NCBI GenBank assembly: GCA_044376405.1
Contig: JBILKZ010000001.1
Coordinates: 24,214 to 88,213 of the forward strand
Direction of reading: 5' to 3'
Length of the DNA: 64,000 nt
Source: Pirellulales bacterium
Lineage (GTDB): Bacteria; Planctomycetota; Planctomycetia; Pirellulales; UBA1268
Of this stretch, positions 5,498 to 15,620 are shown in pieces (the stretch's first letter is position 1; each line of letters begins with the position of its first letter). The notes under the pieces were generated by a model that was given only the letters and a program-made list of their open reading frames with translations, was not told the origin of the DNA and did not search any database. The translations under genes and the position numbers were made by a program.

Positions 5498-8401
5498 TTA
5501 ATCGACAAATTGAAACTCGGCGGTGGCGAGCAGGGCGTGGGCCAGCCGCTGCCATGCGTTTGTCGGCTGCGGTGTGCCGGCCGACTCGGCTGCCAGCCAG
5601 TCCTGCGCCTGCTGCCGTTCCTCTGGGGACGGATCGCGTCCGAGCACGGCCCTCCAGATCGCTGGGATTCGGGCGTCGGGGCACCACGTGTCGCCCAGAT
5701 CGCGGTCGACGCGGGCTGCGACCTGCCGTGATGCCGCCACCACCAAGGGCGCGTTGAGCACGGCCAGCGACTGCTGTGGCACGGTCGTCTTCGAGCGGAC
5801 ATGCACGGCGGTGTCGGGATTGGCGATGTCGAACACGCGGATGATGCCGGGCACATCCTGCCGGTCCAAGCGGCCGTAGAGCGACCGGGTGTTCATCGCT
5901 GTTTCCAGCAAGGGGTCGACGCCCGGGCCGCCGGCCCTGCGGTCGAGTGTGCCGGCGGCGACGAGCATGCTGTCCCGCCAGGCCTCCCAGTCGAGCCGGC
6001 GGCGGTTCGCCCGGCCATAAAGCCGGTTGTTGGGATCACCCGCCACGAGATCATCTCGCGCTGCGCTCGACTGCCGCCAGGTGCGGCTGCTGACGATCTC
6101 ACGGTGCAGCCAGCGGAGGCTCCACTTGCCCTCGTCGATGAACCGCCGCGCGAGATCGTCGAGCAACTGAGGATGGGAGGGCGGCTCGCCGCGGAGTCCG
6201 AGGTCGCCGGGCGTATTGATGAGCCCATGGCCGAAGTGGTGGGTCCATGCCCAGTTGACGATCATCCGCGCGGAGAGCGGATTTGCGGGCGAGACGATGG
6301 CCCGCGCCAGATCGAGCCGGCCGCTCGAGTCACGGGCCACGGCGGTGCCGCCGAGCAGCTTCGGCAGCCGCCGCTCGACCTTCTCGCCCGGCCTGCCGGG
6401 ATTGCCGCGGAGGAACACATGGCTGTCGACGGGGCGGTCGGCGTCGTGGAGCACCATCGCTCGCGGCGGGCCTCCCGCTGATTCGGCCAGATGCTTGGTG
6501 ATCTCCTTCTTTCGCTTACGGAGTTCCGTCTGTTCGCCGCGGGTGGCCACTCGCATCGCCTCGGCCCGCGGCACGACTAGCGGCGAGCCCTCCACGCCCA
6601 CGAGCGTGCGGAGGGCGGCGAGCTCAGCTGGTTCCTTGGGCTCCACGGCCGGCCCGCCGGCGGACTCGGGTGCCACTCGCGCCACGAGCCGTGCATACAT
6701 CTCGGCAAGTTGGCGGAGCGTCGTCGGCTTCGTCGACACGAGTTCCTGGAACACGATCTTGTTGACCACTTTTGGGTCGCGTGGCTCTGGGACATTCCCC
6801 CCGAGGTTCTGCAACCAGATGGCTACGGCCGCATCCACTGCCGGACCAATCTCGGCGTCGGGCTTGCCACGGGCCGCCGCCCAGGCCCCCAGAATCGGGT
6901 GCTTCGGCTCGGACTTGTCGAGCAGTCGCTTCAAGCGATCGATCAACAACTGCTCCAGTTCGTAGCCGTCGGCGAGCTTTGGAGGACGGTTGTCTGCTGC
7001 ACGCGGGCTCGGGCGGGCGACCTCGGAGAAGTAATCGGCGGCATGGGCCACCGCATCGCGGGTCGCCCTCGCATGCACCGCCGTCTCGTGGGCCGTGACA
7101 GCAGCCTTGAGTTCCTCGAGCTTCGTGGCAAATGCCTCGGCCTCCGGCCCCGGAGGCGGGTCGCCAATGACGGGGAGTTCCTCCGGAATTTTGCAGCTGG
7201 CGAAGATGCCGTGCAGAGCGTAGTAGTCGGCCGTGCTCACCGGCTCGTATTTATGATCGTGGCAACGGCTGCAGGCGACGGTGAGCCCCATCAGTCCGCG
7301 GGTCACGAGGTCGATTCGGTCGTCGATGATGTCTTGTGTGTTGCCGAGAAACGTGCGGCCCACCGTCAGGAAGCCGAGCGCTGCCAGATCGCTCCGCGGC
7401 ACCGGCGGCTCGATCCGGTCAGCTGCGAGTTGCAGCGTGACAAACTGGTCGTAGGGCAGATCGCGCTCGAGGGCGTCGACTACCCAGTCGCGATAGGTCC
7501 AGGCAAAGGGATACCGATGGTCCTGGTTGTCGAAGGCGTAGCCCATCGTGTCGGCGTAGCGGGCGAGGTCGAGCCATTTCCGAGCCCAGTGTTCGGCATG
7601 CTCCCGCGAGGAGAGGAGCCGATCAACCGTCGCGCGAAAGGCTGCGTCGGCTGCTGCCGCGCCGCCTGCTGCCGCTGCGCAGAACGCATCGACCTCGTCG
7701 GCCGAGGGGGGCAGGCCCGTGAGGTCGTAGAAGAGCCGGCGGATGAGGTCGCGTGGCGTCGCCTCTGGTGACGGTGCCAGGCCGGCGTTGCTGAGCTCAC
7801 TTCCGATGAAGCGGTCGATCGGGGAGACCGCCCAGGCGTCGCGGAGTGATGGCTCGAACGACGACGGTAATTCGGGTGCGGCAAGCCGCGCGGGCGGCGT
7901 GAACGCCCAGTGGCTCTTGAGCGAGGTGGCAAGTCTTTCGTCCATGGTGGCGGCGGGAGCAGGCTGCGTGGTGTCGCTGTCGCTGCCCGGACCGCTCCAG
8001 AGTGCGCCGGCTGTGACCCAGTTCTCGAGCGTGGCGATCTCGTCGGCGGAGAGTTTTTCATCGGGTGGCATCGCGAGCTCATCGACATGCCGCACGGCGG
8101 CCACGAGCTTGCTCTTGGCGGCGTCACCCGGCACCACGACCGGCCCGGTGTCACTGCCGGCCAGGAGCGCCCGCCTGCTATCGAGCCGGAGGCCAGCCTC
8201 CGCCACCTTGTCGCCGTGGCAGCCCTGGCACTTGGCCACCAAGAGCGGCCGCACCCGCGACTCAAAGAGGATCTCGAGTTCACGCGACGTGGCCTCGGCA
8301 GACACAGCAGTGGCCGGAGCGAGGGCCAGCACCCAGGCTGACCAGATCAGGCCACCGGCCAGGAAAAAACCACAGTGACTCAGGCGAGCGAGCGGGTTCA
8401 T
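5498..8401 (-). CDS. PSD1 / planctomycete cytochrome c (PSCyt) + DUF1549/DUF1553 domain protein
   Basis: Start chosen at the internal ATG that gives signal peptide MNPLARLSHCGFFLAGGLIWSAWVLALAPA (the track ORF extends to 8470). Heme-type motif CQGCHG. Long DUF1549/DUF1553-like body including CSRCHDHKYEP. Confidence 0.85.
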   Translation of the reverse strand: MNPLARLSHCGFFLAGGLIWSAWVLALAPATAVSAEATSRELEILFESRVRPLLVAKCQGCHGDKVAEAGLRLDSRRALLAGSDTGPVVVPGDAAKSKLVAAVRHVDELAMPPDEKLSADEIATLENWVTAGALWSGPGSDSDTTQPAPAATMDERLATSLKSHWAFTPPARLAAPELPSSFEPSLRDAWAVSPIDRFIGSELSNAGLAPSPEATPRDLIRRLFYDLTGLPPSADEVDAFCAAAAGGAAAADAAFRATVDRLLSSREHAEHWARKWLDLARYADTMGYAFDNQDHRYPFAWTYRDWVVDALERDLPYDQFVTLQLAADRIEPPVPRSDLAALGFLTVGRTFLGNTQDIIDDRIDLVTRGLMGLTVACSRCHDHKYEPVSTADYYALHGIFASCKIPEELPVIGDPPPGPEAEAFATKLEELKAAVTAHETAVHARATRDAVAHAADYFSEVARPSPRAADNRPPKLADGYELEQLLIDRLKRLLDKSEPKHPILGAWAAARGKPDAEIGPAVDAAVAIWLQNLGGNVPEPRDPKVVNKIVFQELVSTKPTTLRQLAEMYARLVARVAPESAGGPAVEPKEPAELAALRTLVGVEGSPLVVPRAEAMRVATRGEQTELRKRKKEITKHLAESAGGPPRAMVLHDADRPVDSHVFLRGNPGRPGEKVERRLPKLLGGTAVARDSSGRLDLARAIVSPANPLSARMIVNWAWTHHFGHGLINTPGDLGLRGEPPSHPQLLDDLARRFIDEGKWSLRWLHREIVSSRTWRQSSAARDDLVAGDPNNRLYGRANRRRLDWEAWRDSMLVAAGTLDRRAGGPGVDPLLETAMNTRSLYGRLDRQDVPGIIRVFDIANPDTAVHVRSKTTVPQQSLAVLNAPLVVAASRQVAARVDRDLGDTWCPDARIPAIWRAVLGRDPSPEERQQAQDWLAAESAGTPQPTNAWQRLAHALLATAEFQFVD

Positions 8402-8727
8402 GGCGGTTGGCCAGAGGCGGAGAGAGCAACGAGTCGATGGCGATGCCCGTTTGACGGGGCTCTTGATCACCCGCTTATTCTAATCGGCTACCGGGAGCGG
8501 GTTCCGTGCACGGTTTGAAATGACCTCCTTTTCCGAACTCTTCCATCCCGGCGAGCCTGTCGGATGGCCTTTTCCACAGCCGACGGCCGCAAAACTGCAT
8601 CGCTCGCACGGGAACCCAGAATGCCAGAAGCCTCGCGGTTCACTACGATCGTCGACCGACCGGCCTCGAGCGAGAAACCCTCCCGGCTGGATCAGGAGAC
8701 CGAACCAGGAGACCGAACCGAAAATCC

Positions 8728-9309
8728 ATGGTGCCTAAAACAATCCCTCAAGTGCTGATCGTGGTGGGCGACGCCACCGAGACCGTCGACACGCTCTATC
8801 CGTATTACCGGCTTCAGGAGGCGGGGTTCGAGCCGGTCGTGATCGCGCCCGAGCGGCGGACCTACCAGATGGTGCTCCACGAGGTGCGGCCCGGCTGGAC
8901 GATCACGAAGGAGTGGGAGGGCTATCAGATCAACGCCGATCTCGCCTTCGCCGACGTGCGGCCCGACGACTACCTGGGCATCTTCTTCAGCGGCGGTCGG
9001 GCGCCCGAGTACATCCGCTACGACGAGGATCTCGTGAGGATCACGCATCATTTCTTCAGCGAGAACAAACCGGCGGCCAGCGTCTGCCACGGGGTCGAGA
9101 TCCCGGCCTACGCCGACTGCGTGCGGGGGCGGAAGATGGCCACCGTGGCGAAATGCCGGTTCGACCTCGAGGTGGCCGGCGGCATCTTCGTCGACAGTGC
9201 GTGCGTGATCGACGGCAACCTCGTGAGCGGCCGCACGTATCGCGACAACGGCCACTTCGTCGGCCCGTGGATCCGGCTGCTCGAGGAAGCGCTCACGGCC
9301 CGGTCGTAA
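8728..9309 (+). CDS. DJ-1/PfpI family protein
   Basis: 193 aa. VLIVVGDATETVDTLYPYYRLQEAGF, nucleophile elbow SVCHG, and IDGNLVSGRTYRDNG are typical of PfpI-type class I glutamine amidotransferase-like proteins. Confidence 0.85.
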   Translation: MVPKTIPQVLIVVGDATETVDTLYPYYRLQEAGFEPVVIAPERRTYQMVLHEVRPGWTITKEWEGYQINADLAFADVRPDDYLGIFFSGGRAPEYIRYDEDLVRITHHFFSENKPAASVCHGVEIPAYADCVRGRKMATVAKCRFDLEVAGGIFVDSACVIDGNLVSGRTYRDNGHFVGPWIRLLEEALTARS

Positions 9310-9311
9310 GA

Positions 9312-10700
9312 ATGTCTCGTTTGCGGGATGCTGTACCGATGCACGAGCGACAGCTCACCTGTGCCGCCCACGGCCACATGCTCACGAACTCAGGCATCTG
9401 GTCGCCCGACTCGCGGTGGATCGTCTACGACACGCGGTCGAGTCCCGACGGCTCCGTCTTCGACGGCATGCGGATCGAACGGGTGGAGGTGGACTCGGGG
9501 CGGATCGAACTTCTGTATGAGTCGCGAAACGGGGCCTGCTGCGGTGTCGTGACGGCGAGCCCCGTGGACGACTGGGTGATTTTCATCCTCGGCCCCGAGC
9601 AGCCCACGGCCGATTGGCAGTATGGCCCGGCCCATCGGCAGGGCGTGGTCGTGCGGATGTCGCAGCCCGGTCTGATCGAGCCGCTCGATGCCCGCGACAT
9701 CGTGCCGCCGTTCACGGCCGGTGCTCTCCGCGGCGGCAGCCATGTGCATGTCGTGAGCCCCGACGGCAGGCTCGTGAGTTTTACCTACGAGGATGCGGTG
9801 TTGGATGGTCCGCCGGCTGCCGAAGTGACCGCCGGGGTGCCGCGCGAAAAAAACCTTCGCGGCATCGGCGTGAGCGTCTGCGGGAAGCCGGTGCAGGTGC
9901 CGCGGACGCACAAGCGCAATCACGACGGCACGGCGTTCAGCGTGCTCGCAACACGGCTGACAGACGAGCCAACCCCCGGCAGCGACGAGATCTGCAAAGC
10001 GTTCGAGGAGGCGTGGGTCGGCACGCACGGCTACCTGCGGCCCGATGGCACGCGGCAGCGGTATGCGCTGGCGTTTCAGGGGCATGTCGTCGTGCATGAC
10101 GCATCGATCGGCGGGCGGCGCACCATCAGTGAGGCCTTCGTCTGTGACCTGCCGGACGACCTCGATGAGCTGACGGTCGCAGGCGAACAGCCCCTCGCGG
10201 GCATGCCCACCAGCCGGCCGTCGCCACCCCGAGGCGTGGCCCACCGGCGGCTCACGTTCACCGCTGACCGCAGCCATCCGGGGATCGAGGGGCCGCGGCA
10301 CTGGCTGCGGTCGAGCCCGGATGGATCGCGAATCGCGTTTCTCATGTGCGATGAAGTCGGAGTTGTGCAGATCTTCACTGTGAGCCCCAATGGGGGCCCG
10401 CCTGTGCAGGTGACACGCGACGATTGGAGCGTGGCGAGCAGCTTCGGCTGGAGCCCCGACGGGAGGCGGATCGCGTATGTCGCCGACTTGAGCGTGTTCG
10501 TCGTCGACGTGGCCAGCAAGGCGAGTACGCGGCTCACCGACCGCACGATCGCCGCCCCGCCCCGGCCGGAAGCATGTGTGTTTTCGCCCGACGGCCGGCG
10601 GATCGCCTTCATGCGGAGCGTGGCCGGCCTGAGCACGCCGCGCGGGGATCCAGCGGCCGAGGTGCACAATCAGATCTTCGTCGTCGACGTGCCGGTGTGA
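9312..10700 (+). CDS. DUF3748 (YidR-like) beta-propeller protein with PD40/TolB-type repeats
   Basis: N-terminus HERQLTCAAHGHMLTNSGIWSPDSRWIVYDTRS resembles E. coli YidR. C-terminal WSPDGRRIAYV and FSPDGRRIAFMRS are PD40-like repeats. Start could be ATG 9312 or ATG 9339; the 5' part of the track ORF (8913-) overlaps the DJ-1 gene and is not coding. Confidence 0.75.
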   Translation: MSRLRDAVPMHERQLTCAAHGHMLTNSGIWSPDSRWIVYDTRSSPDGSVFDGMRIERVEVDSGRIELLYESRNGACCGVVTASPVDDWVIFILGPEQPTADWQYGPAHRQGVVVRMSQPGLIEPLDARDIVPPFTAGALRGGSHVHVVSPDGRLVSFTYEDAVLDGPPAAEVTAGVPREKNLRGIGVSVCGKPVQVPRTHKRNHDGTAFSVLATRLTDEPTPGSDEICKAFEEAWVGTHGYLRPDGTRQRYALAFQGHVVVHDASIGGRRTISEAFVCDLPDDLDELTVAGEQPLAGMPTSRPSPPRGVAHRRLTFTADRSHPGIEGPRHWLRSSPDGSRIAFLMCDEVGVVQIFTVSPNGGPPVQVTRDDWSVASSFGWSPDGRRIAYVADLSVFVVDVASKASTRLTDRTIAAPPRPEACVFSPDGRRIAFMRSVAGLSTPRGDPAAEVHNQIFVVDVPV

Positions 10701-10829
10701 AGACCCGGTGATTGTCCGACGAGCCCCGGCCGGGAACGGCCTTGCCTCGCGGCCATCGCGCCGTCGATACTCTGTGTTTCCCCGGCTGAAACCGGCTGCC
10801 CCGATTCCATTCCATCCCGGTCCATCATC

Positions 10830-12845
10830 ATGCCCACCGTCCGTTTTGCCGATGGCGTCGTCAGTGAGTTTCCCCAGGCCACGCGGGTGGGCGATGTTGT
10901 CCCCGAGGCGATCAAGAGGGGCCCGCGGAAGCAGCGGCCGATTGCCGCCCTCTTGAACGGCCAGGCCGTCGGGCTCGACGCGCTGCTGCCCGCCACGGGC
11001 GAGACCACGGTTGAATGGCTCGCGGCCGGCGATGCGCGGGCCCTGCCCGTGATGCGACACTCGGCCGCCCACATCATGGCCCGCGCGGTGACGCGGCTCT
11101 TCCCCGACGTCGAGTTGGCTTTCGGACCCACCGTTGGCGAAGGCTTTTATTACGACATGCGGGCCGGCCGGCCGATCACCGACGACGATCTGCCACTGAT
11201 CGAGGCCGAGATGAAGAAGATCATCGAGGCCGACGAGGCGTTCGAGCGGGTGGAGGTGCCGCGGGAGAAGGCCGTGGAGATCGTGCGTGATCTCAAGCAG
11301 CCGCTGAAGGTCGAGCACATCGAGACGGGCCTGGCCGCCCACCCAACCTTGTCGTTCTACCGACAGGGAGAATTCGTCGATCTCTGCCGTGGCCCCCACG
11401 TGACAAGCCCAGGCTGTATCGGCGCTTTCAAGCTCACGAACATCGCCGGTGCCTACTGGAAGGGCGACGCCAACAACGCCCAGCTCCAACGGCTCTACGG
11501 CACCGCCTGGTTCACGCAGGCGGATCTCGACGCGCATCTGGCCAACCTCGAAGAAGCCCGCCGCCGTGACCATCGGGTGCTCGGCAAGCAGCTCGACCTC
11601 TTCACGACGAGCCCCTTGGTCGGCTCCGGGCTCGTGCTCTGGATGCCGAAGGGCGCTGTGCTCCGCGGCGTGCTCGAGAGCTTCGTCCGCGACGAACTGG
11701 CCGCGCGGGGCTACCAGCCGGTCTACACGCCCCACATCGGGAAGGTCGATCTCTACAAGATCTCCGGCCACTATCCCTACTATGCCGACAGCCAGTTCAA
11801 GCCGATCGTGATGAGCGACGACGAGCAGTATCTGCTGAAACCCATGAACTGCCCCCACCACACGATGATCTACAAGGCCCGCCCCCGGAGCTACAAGGAG
11901 CTGCCGCTCCGTCTGGCCGAGTTTGGCACGGTGTACCGCTACGAGCAGTCGGGCGAGTTGGGCGGCATGACGCGGGTCCGCGGCTTCACTCAAGACGACG
12001 CCCACATCTTCTGCACCCACGAGCAGGTGGAGCGGGAGGTGGAGGGCTGCATCGACTTCACGCTGAAAGTGCTGGAGAGCCTCGCCTTCGACAACTTCCG
12101 CGTGCGGCTCGGCTTCCGTGACCCCAAGAGCGACAAATACGTCGGCCCGCCGGCGCGGTGGGACGAGGCCGAGGCTGCCATCGAGCGGGTGGCCCGTCGC
12201 ATGAACCTGCCGGGCTGTGAGCCCGAGCCGGGCGAGGCGGCCTTCTACGGGCCGAAGATCGACTTCGTGGTGCACGACTCGCTCGGCCGCGAGTGGCAGC
12301 TGGGCACCGTGCAGCTCGACTACAACCTGCCGAGCGCCGAGCGGTTCGATCTCGAATACATCGGTGCCGACAACGCGAAGCACCAGCCGGTGATGATCCA
12401 CCGCGCGCCGCTGGGCAGCATGGAGCGGTTCGTGGGCGTGCTCATCGAGCACTTCGCGGGGGCGTTTCCCTTGTGGCTGGCGCCCGAGCAGGTTCGCGTG
12501 CTCCCCGTGAGTGAAAAGAGCGAGGCCTATGCGAAGCAGGTGCAGGCCCGGTTCGAGGCGGCGGGGCTTCGCGTTGGGATCGACCTGGCCGCGGAAAAAC
12601 TCGGCGCGAAGGTGCGGACAGCGCAGCTCGACATGATTCCGGTGATGATCGTCTGCGGTCCGCGGGACGAGGCGGCTGGCACGGTAAGCCTCCGCGACCG
12701 AATCGACGGCGATGTCGGTGCGATGAGCCTGGAGGCCGCGGTCGAGCGGCTCCGCGATGAAAACGCCCGCCGCGCCGTCCGCCACAAGCCAAAGCCGCTT
12801 ACGGTGGCCAGTTCGGGTGGCGGTGGCGCCGGCGAGGATTATTGA
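10830..12845 (+). CDS. thrS: threonine--tRNA ligase
   Basis: 671 aa. TGS-like N-terminus, editing-domain HSAAHIM motif, class II catalytic core ([18 protein letters not shown]) and an anticodon-binding C-terminus. Confidence 0.97.
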   Translation: MPTVRFADGVVSEFPQATRVGDVVPEAIKRGPRKQRPIAALLNGQAVGLDALLPATGETTVEWLAAGDARALPVMRHSAAHIMARAVTRLFPDVELAFGPTVGEGFYYDMRAGRPITDDDLPLIEAEMKKIIEADEAFERVEVPREKAVEIVRDLKQPLKVEHIETGLAAHPTLSFYRQGEFVDLCRGPHVTSPGCIGAFKLTNIAGAYWKGDANNAQLQRLYGTAWFTQADLDAHLANLEEARRRDHRVLGKQLDLFTTSPLVGSGLVLWMPKGAVLRGVLESFVRDELAARGYQPVYTPHIGKVDLYKISGHYPYYADSQFKPIVMSDDEQYLLKPMNCPHHTMIYKARPRSYKELPLRLAEFGTVYRYEQSGELGGMTRVRGFTQDDAHIFCTHEQVEREVEGCIDFTLKVLESLAFDNFRVRLGFRDPKSDKYVGPPARWDEAEAAIERVARRMNLPGCEPEPGEAAFYGPKIDFVVHDSLGREWQLGTVQLDYNLPSAERFDLEYIGADNAKHQPVMIHRAPLGSMERFVGVLIEHFAGAFPLWLAPEQVRVLPVSEKSEAYAKQVQARFEAAGLRVGIDLAAEKLGAKVRTAQLDMIPVMIVCGPRDEAAGTVSLRDRIDGDVGAMSLEAAVERLRDENARRAVRHKPKPLTVASSGGGGAGEDY

Positions 12846-12854
12846 TCGCACCTC

Positions 12855-13232
12855 ATGCCACGCTTCGCGGTCCTCGAACACGTTGGCGCCCCGGACGATC
12901 CCGCCGGGCGGCACTTTGACCTTTTGCTGGAGGCGGGCCCAGCCTGCCGCACCTGGCGGCTGATGGTGGTGCCGACGGCCGATGGCGCCACCGTGGCGGC
13001 CCTCGAACTGCCGCCGCATCGGCTGGAGTGGCTCGATCGATTGGCGGGAGAGGTGTCGGGCGGCCGTGGCTTTGCTCGGCGTGTCGATGCCGGCGGCTAC
13101 GACCTGCTCTCCTGCGACGCCGACGACATGTCCACGGCCACGGTGATCGTGCTCACACTCGCCGGCGCGACGCTCGCCGGTCGCCTGCGGCTGGAGGCGG
13201 TGGGCGACGGCTGGGCGGTGCGGCTGGGATGA
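12855..13232 (+). CDS. LigD_N-like (DNA ligase D 3'-phosphoesterase-like) small protein
   Basis: 125 aa. MPRFAVLEHVG...GRHFDLLLEAG..CRTWRL...LPPHRLEWLD...GGRGFARRVDAGGY follows the HxDxxLE / W / H..Y / G.G pattern of the LigD N-terminal domain family. Confidence 0.5.
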   Translation: MPRFAVLEHVGAPDDPAGRHFDLLLEAGPACRTWRLMVVPTADGATVAALELPPHRLEWLDRLAGEVSGGRGFARRVDAGGYDLLSCDADDMSTATVIVLTLAGATLAGRLRLEAVGDGWAVRLG

Positions 13233-13320
13233 CACAGCCCGGGGCCATGCGATCTTCGGGGTGGGAGTATGATGGGGGGGTGATTTGGCACGACACCATT
13301 GCCCCTAGGAATGATCCCCG

Positions 13321-14733
13321 ATGAAGCCCCGTGAAGTGCTCGCGATGTGCCGCGAGAAGGAAGTGAAGGCGGTCGATCTGCGGTTTGCCGATTTCCTCGG
13401 CGCCTGGCAGCACTTCACGATTCCCGTCGGCAAGCTCGAGGAAGACACCTTCGACGACGGCCTCGGCTTCGACGGCTCGAGCATCCGCGGCTGGCAGGCG
13501 ATCAACGAGAGCGACATGCTGCTCGTGCCGGTGCCCGATTCGGCCTTTGTCGATCCATTCGCGCAGATCCCCACGCTCGTGATGGTCTGCAACGTGCAGG
13601 ATCCGATCACGCGGGAGGACTATTCCCGCGACCCGCGCAACGTGGCCCGCAAGGCGGTGAACTATTTGAAGAGCACCGGCATCGCCGACACCTGCTTCAT
13701 CGGACCCGAAGCCGAGTTCTTCGTGTTTGATGATGTGCGGTTCGATCAGAACGCCCATGAAGGCTACTTCCACCTCGACTCGGTCGAGGCGGAGTGGACA
13801 CGGGGCCGGGCCGAAGGGCCGAACCTCGGCTACAAGCTGCGGCACAAGGAGGGCTATTTCCCCTGTCCGCCAGCCGATCAGCTGATGGATCTCCGCAACG
13901 AGATGATGCAGACGATGATCCAGTGCGGGATCGACGTCGAGGCGCAGCACCACGAGGTGGCGACGGCCGGGCAGTGCGAGATCGACATGCGGTTCCAGGA
14001 ACTGGTGCGGATGGCCGACCAGATGTGCCTCTATAAATACATCGTGCGAAATGTCGCCAGGCGGGCTGGCAAGACCGTGACCTTCATGCCGAAGCCGATC
14101 TTCGGCGACAACGGCTCCGGCATGCACACGCACATTTCGCTCTGGAAGGCTGGCCATCCGCTCTTCGCCGGCTCGGGCTACGCGGGCCTCTCGGAGATGG
14201 CGCTCTACGCCATGGGGGGCATCCTCCGCCACGCCCCGGCGCTGCTCGCGCTGACGAACCCCACCACCAACAGCTACAAGCGGCTCGTGCCGGGCTACGA
14301 GGCTCCGGTGAACCTCGCCTACTCACAGCGAAACCGTTCCGCGAGCTGCAGGATCCCGATGTATTCGACCAGCCCGAAGACGAAGCGGATCGAGTTCCGC
14401 TGTCCCGACCCGACCTGCAATCCGTATCTCTCATTCTCAGCGATCCTGCTGGCGGCGATCGACGGTATCCAGAACAAGATCAACCCTGGCGAGCCGCTCG
14501 ATCGCGACATTTACGACATGCCGCCGGAAGAGCTGGCCAACGTGCCGAAGGCACCCGGCTCACTCGATGAGGCGCTCGATGCTTTGGAACGCGACAGCGA
14601 CTTCCTCTTGCGGGGCGACGTCTTCACGGAGGACGTGATCGCGACCTGGCTGAAGTTCAAGCGCGAGCAGGAGATCGCCCCGATGCGGCTCCGGCCGCAC
14701 CCGTACGAGTTCTGCCTGTATTACGACGCCTGA
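13321..14733 (+). CDS. glnA: glutamine synthetase, type I
   Basis: 470 aa. [37 protein letters not shown] and [17 protein letters not shown] are GSI hallmarks. Confidence 0.97.
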   Translation: MKPREVLAMCREKEVKAVDLRFADFLGAWQHFTIPVGKLEEDTFDDGLGFDGSSIRGWQAINESDMLLVPVPDSAFVDPFAQIPTLVMVCNVQDPITREDYSRDPRNVARKAVNYLKSTGIADTCFIGPEAEFFVFDDVRFDQNAHEGYFHLDSVEAEWTRGRAEGPNLGYKLRHKEGYFPCPPADQLMDLRNEMMQTMIQCGIDVEAQHHEVATAGQCEIDMRFQELVRMADQMCLYKYIVRNVARRAGKTVTFMPKPIFGDNGSGMHTHISLWKAGHPLFAGSGYAGLSEMALYAMGGILRHAPALLALTNPTTNSYKRLVPGYEAPVNLAYSQRNRSASCRIPMYSTSPKTKRIEFRCPDPTCNPYLSFSAILLAAIDGIQNKINPGEPLDRDIYDMPPEELANVPKAPGSLDEALDALERDSDFLLRGDVFTEDVIATWLKFKREQEIAPMRLRPHPYEFCLYYDA

Positions 14734-14760
14734 ATTGCGGCCGCCGGTGTTCACGTCCGT

Positions 14761-14827
14761 AATCCCCCGGCTTGCGCCGGGGGCTTGTATGCGTGCATAC
14801 AAGCCCGGAGCGCGAGCGATGGGATTC
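14761..14827 (-). repeat. double-hairpin REP-like element, family 1 (inverted copy)
   Basis: AATCCCCCGGCTTGCGCCGGGGGCTTGTATGCGTGCATACAAGCCCGGAGCGCGAGCGATGGGATTC. It is the reverse complement of the copies at 28990, 35407 and 24325, and lies between the convergent glnA and SDR stops. Confidence 0.85.
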
Positions 14828-14835
14828 TCCGCCGT

Positions 14836-15612
14836 CTACCACACCGTCTTGCCGCCGTTGACGGCGATCGTCTGGCCGGTCACGAACGAGGCCTCGTCGC
14901 TGGCCAGATACGCGGCCGCCCAGCCGACCTCGTCTGGCCTTCCCCAGCGGCCCATCGGGATCGTGGCGAGGTAGGCATCTTTTTCGGCCTGCGGGTCATC
15001 CTTGTGCCGCTCCACCGGAATCCAGCCCGGCGCGATCATGTTGACCGTGATGCCGTGCGACGCGAGCTCGTGGGCCATGCTCCGCGACCACCCGGTCTGC
15101 CCACCCTTGGCCGCGACGTAGGCGGAGAAGGGGGACACGCCCAGGTGAAAAACCTCGCTCGTGATATTGATGAGACGGCCGTGGCGACGTTCCTTCATGC
15201 CGGGCAGCGCGCGACGGGCCAGGAGATAGGGGCTCTTCACGAAGAAGTCGAGCATCTGCTGGTAGAAGGCCCAGTCGTATTCCTCGATGGGCTTGTGCGG
15301 CTGGGCGGGTGTGGCGTTGACGACGACGATATCGACCGGCCCCAGCGACTTTTCAATGGCTGAAAACATCGCGTCGACTTTAGATTCACTCGTGACATCG
15401 GCCTGGAAAAGTTCGGCGGTGACGCCGGCGGCGCGGAGTTCGGCGAGCGTCTCGTCGGCACGTGCCCGCGAGTTGGCGTAGTTGACTGCCACCTTCGCGC
15501 CGGCCATGCCGAGGCACCTGGCCGTCGCCTTGCCGAGGCCGGTGGAAGAGCCCGTCACCAGGGCCACGCGGCCGGCGAGTGAGAAGCAGGCGTGAGGAGA
15601 TGCATGTGCCAT
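14836..15612 (-). CDS. SDR family oxidoreductase (FabG-like)
   Basis: Start at internal ATG 15612 (MAHASPHACFSLAGRVALVTGSSTGLGKA). Rossmann TGxxxGxG motif and catalytic YVAAKGG (YxxxK). Confidence 0.9.
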   Translation of the reverse strand: MAHASPHACFSLAGRVALVTGSSTGLGKATARCLGMAGAKVAVNYANSRARADETLAELRAAGVTAELFQADVTSESKVDAMFSAIEKSLGPVDIVVVNATPAQPHKPIEEYDWAFYQQMLDFFVKSPYLLARRALPGMKERRHGRLINITSEVFHLGVSPFSAYVAAKGGQTGWSRSMAHELASHGITVNMIAPGWIPVERHKDDPQAEKDAYLATIPMGRWGRPDEVGWAAAYLASDEASFVTGQTIAVNGGKTVW

Positions 15613-15620
15613 CGTGGTTT

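Noticed and set aside
3927-5501. 524-aa plus-strand ORF; similar long shadow ORFs at 19159-21102 (-), 27229-28836 (-), 48065-49540 (+), 16954-18024 (-) and 6710-7771 (+)
   Set aside because: All lie antisense to genes with clear family signatures (DUF1501, cysI, lysS/lolE, PSCyt). All show the low-complexity R/G/A/H/P composition expected from reading GC3-rich genes backwards.
8913-9311. 5' part of the 595-aa ORF 8913-10700
   Set aside because: It overlaps the DJ-1/PfpI gene in another frame and is Arg-rich nonsense. Recognisable YidR-like sequence starts only at about 9339.
9390-13235. 1281-aa minus-strand ORF, the longest in the track
   Set aside because: It is antisense to three well-supported plus-strand genes (YidR-like, thrS, LigD_N-like). 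It has an Arg/Gly/His/Ala/Pro-rich composition with no recognisable motifs, which is the typical shadow ORF of high-GC DNA.
13286-13302. TGGCAC...TTGC sigma-54-like promoter upstream of glnA
   Set aside because: The GG and GC dinucleotides are separated by 12 nt instead of the required 10 (TGGCACGACACCATTGC). It therefore does not fit the -24/-12 geometry, despite the attractive position in front of glnA.
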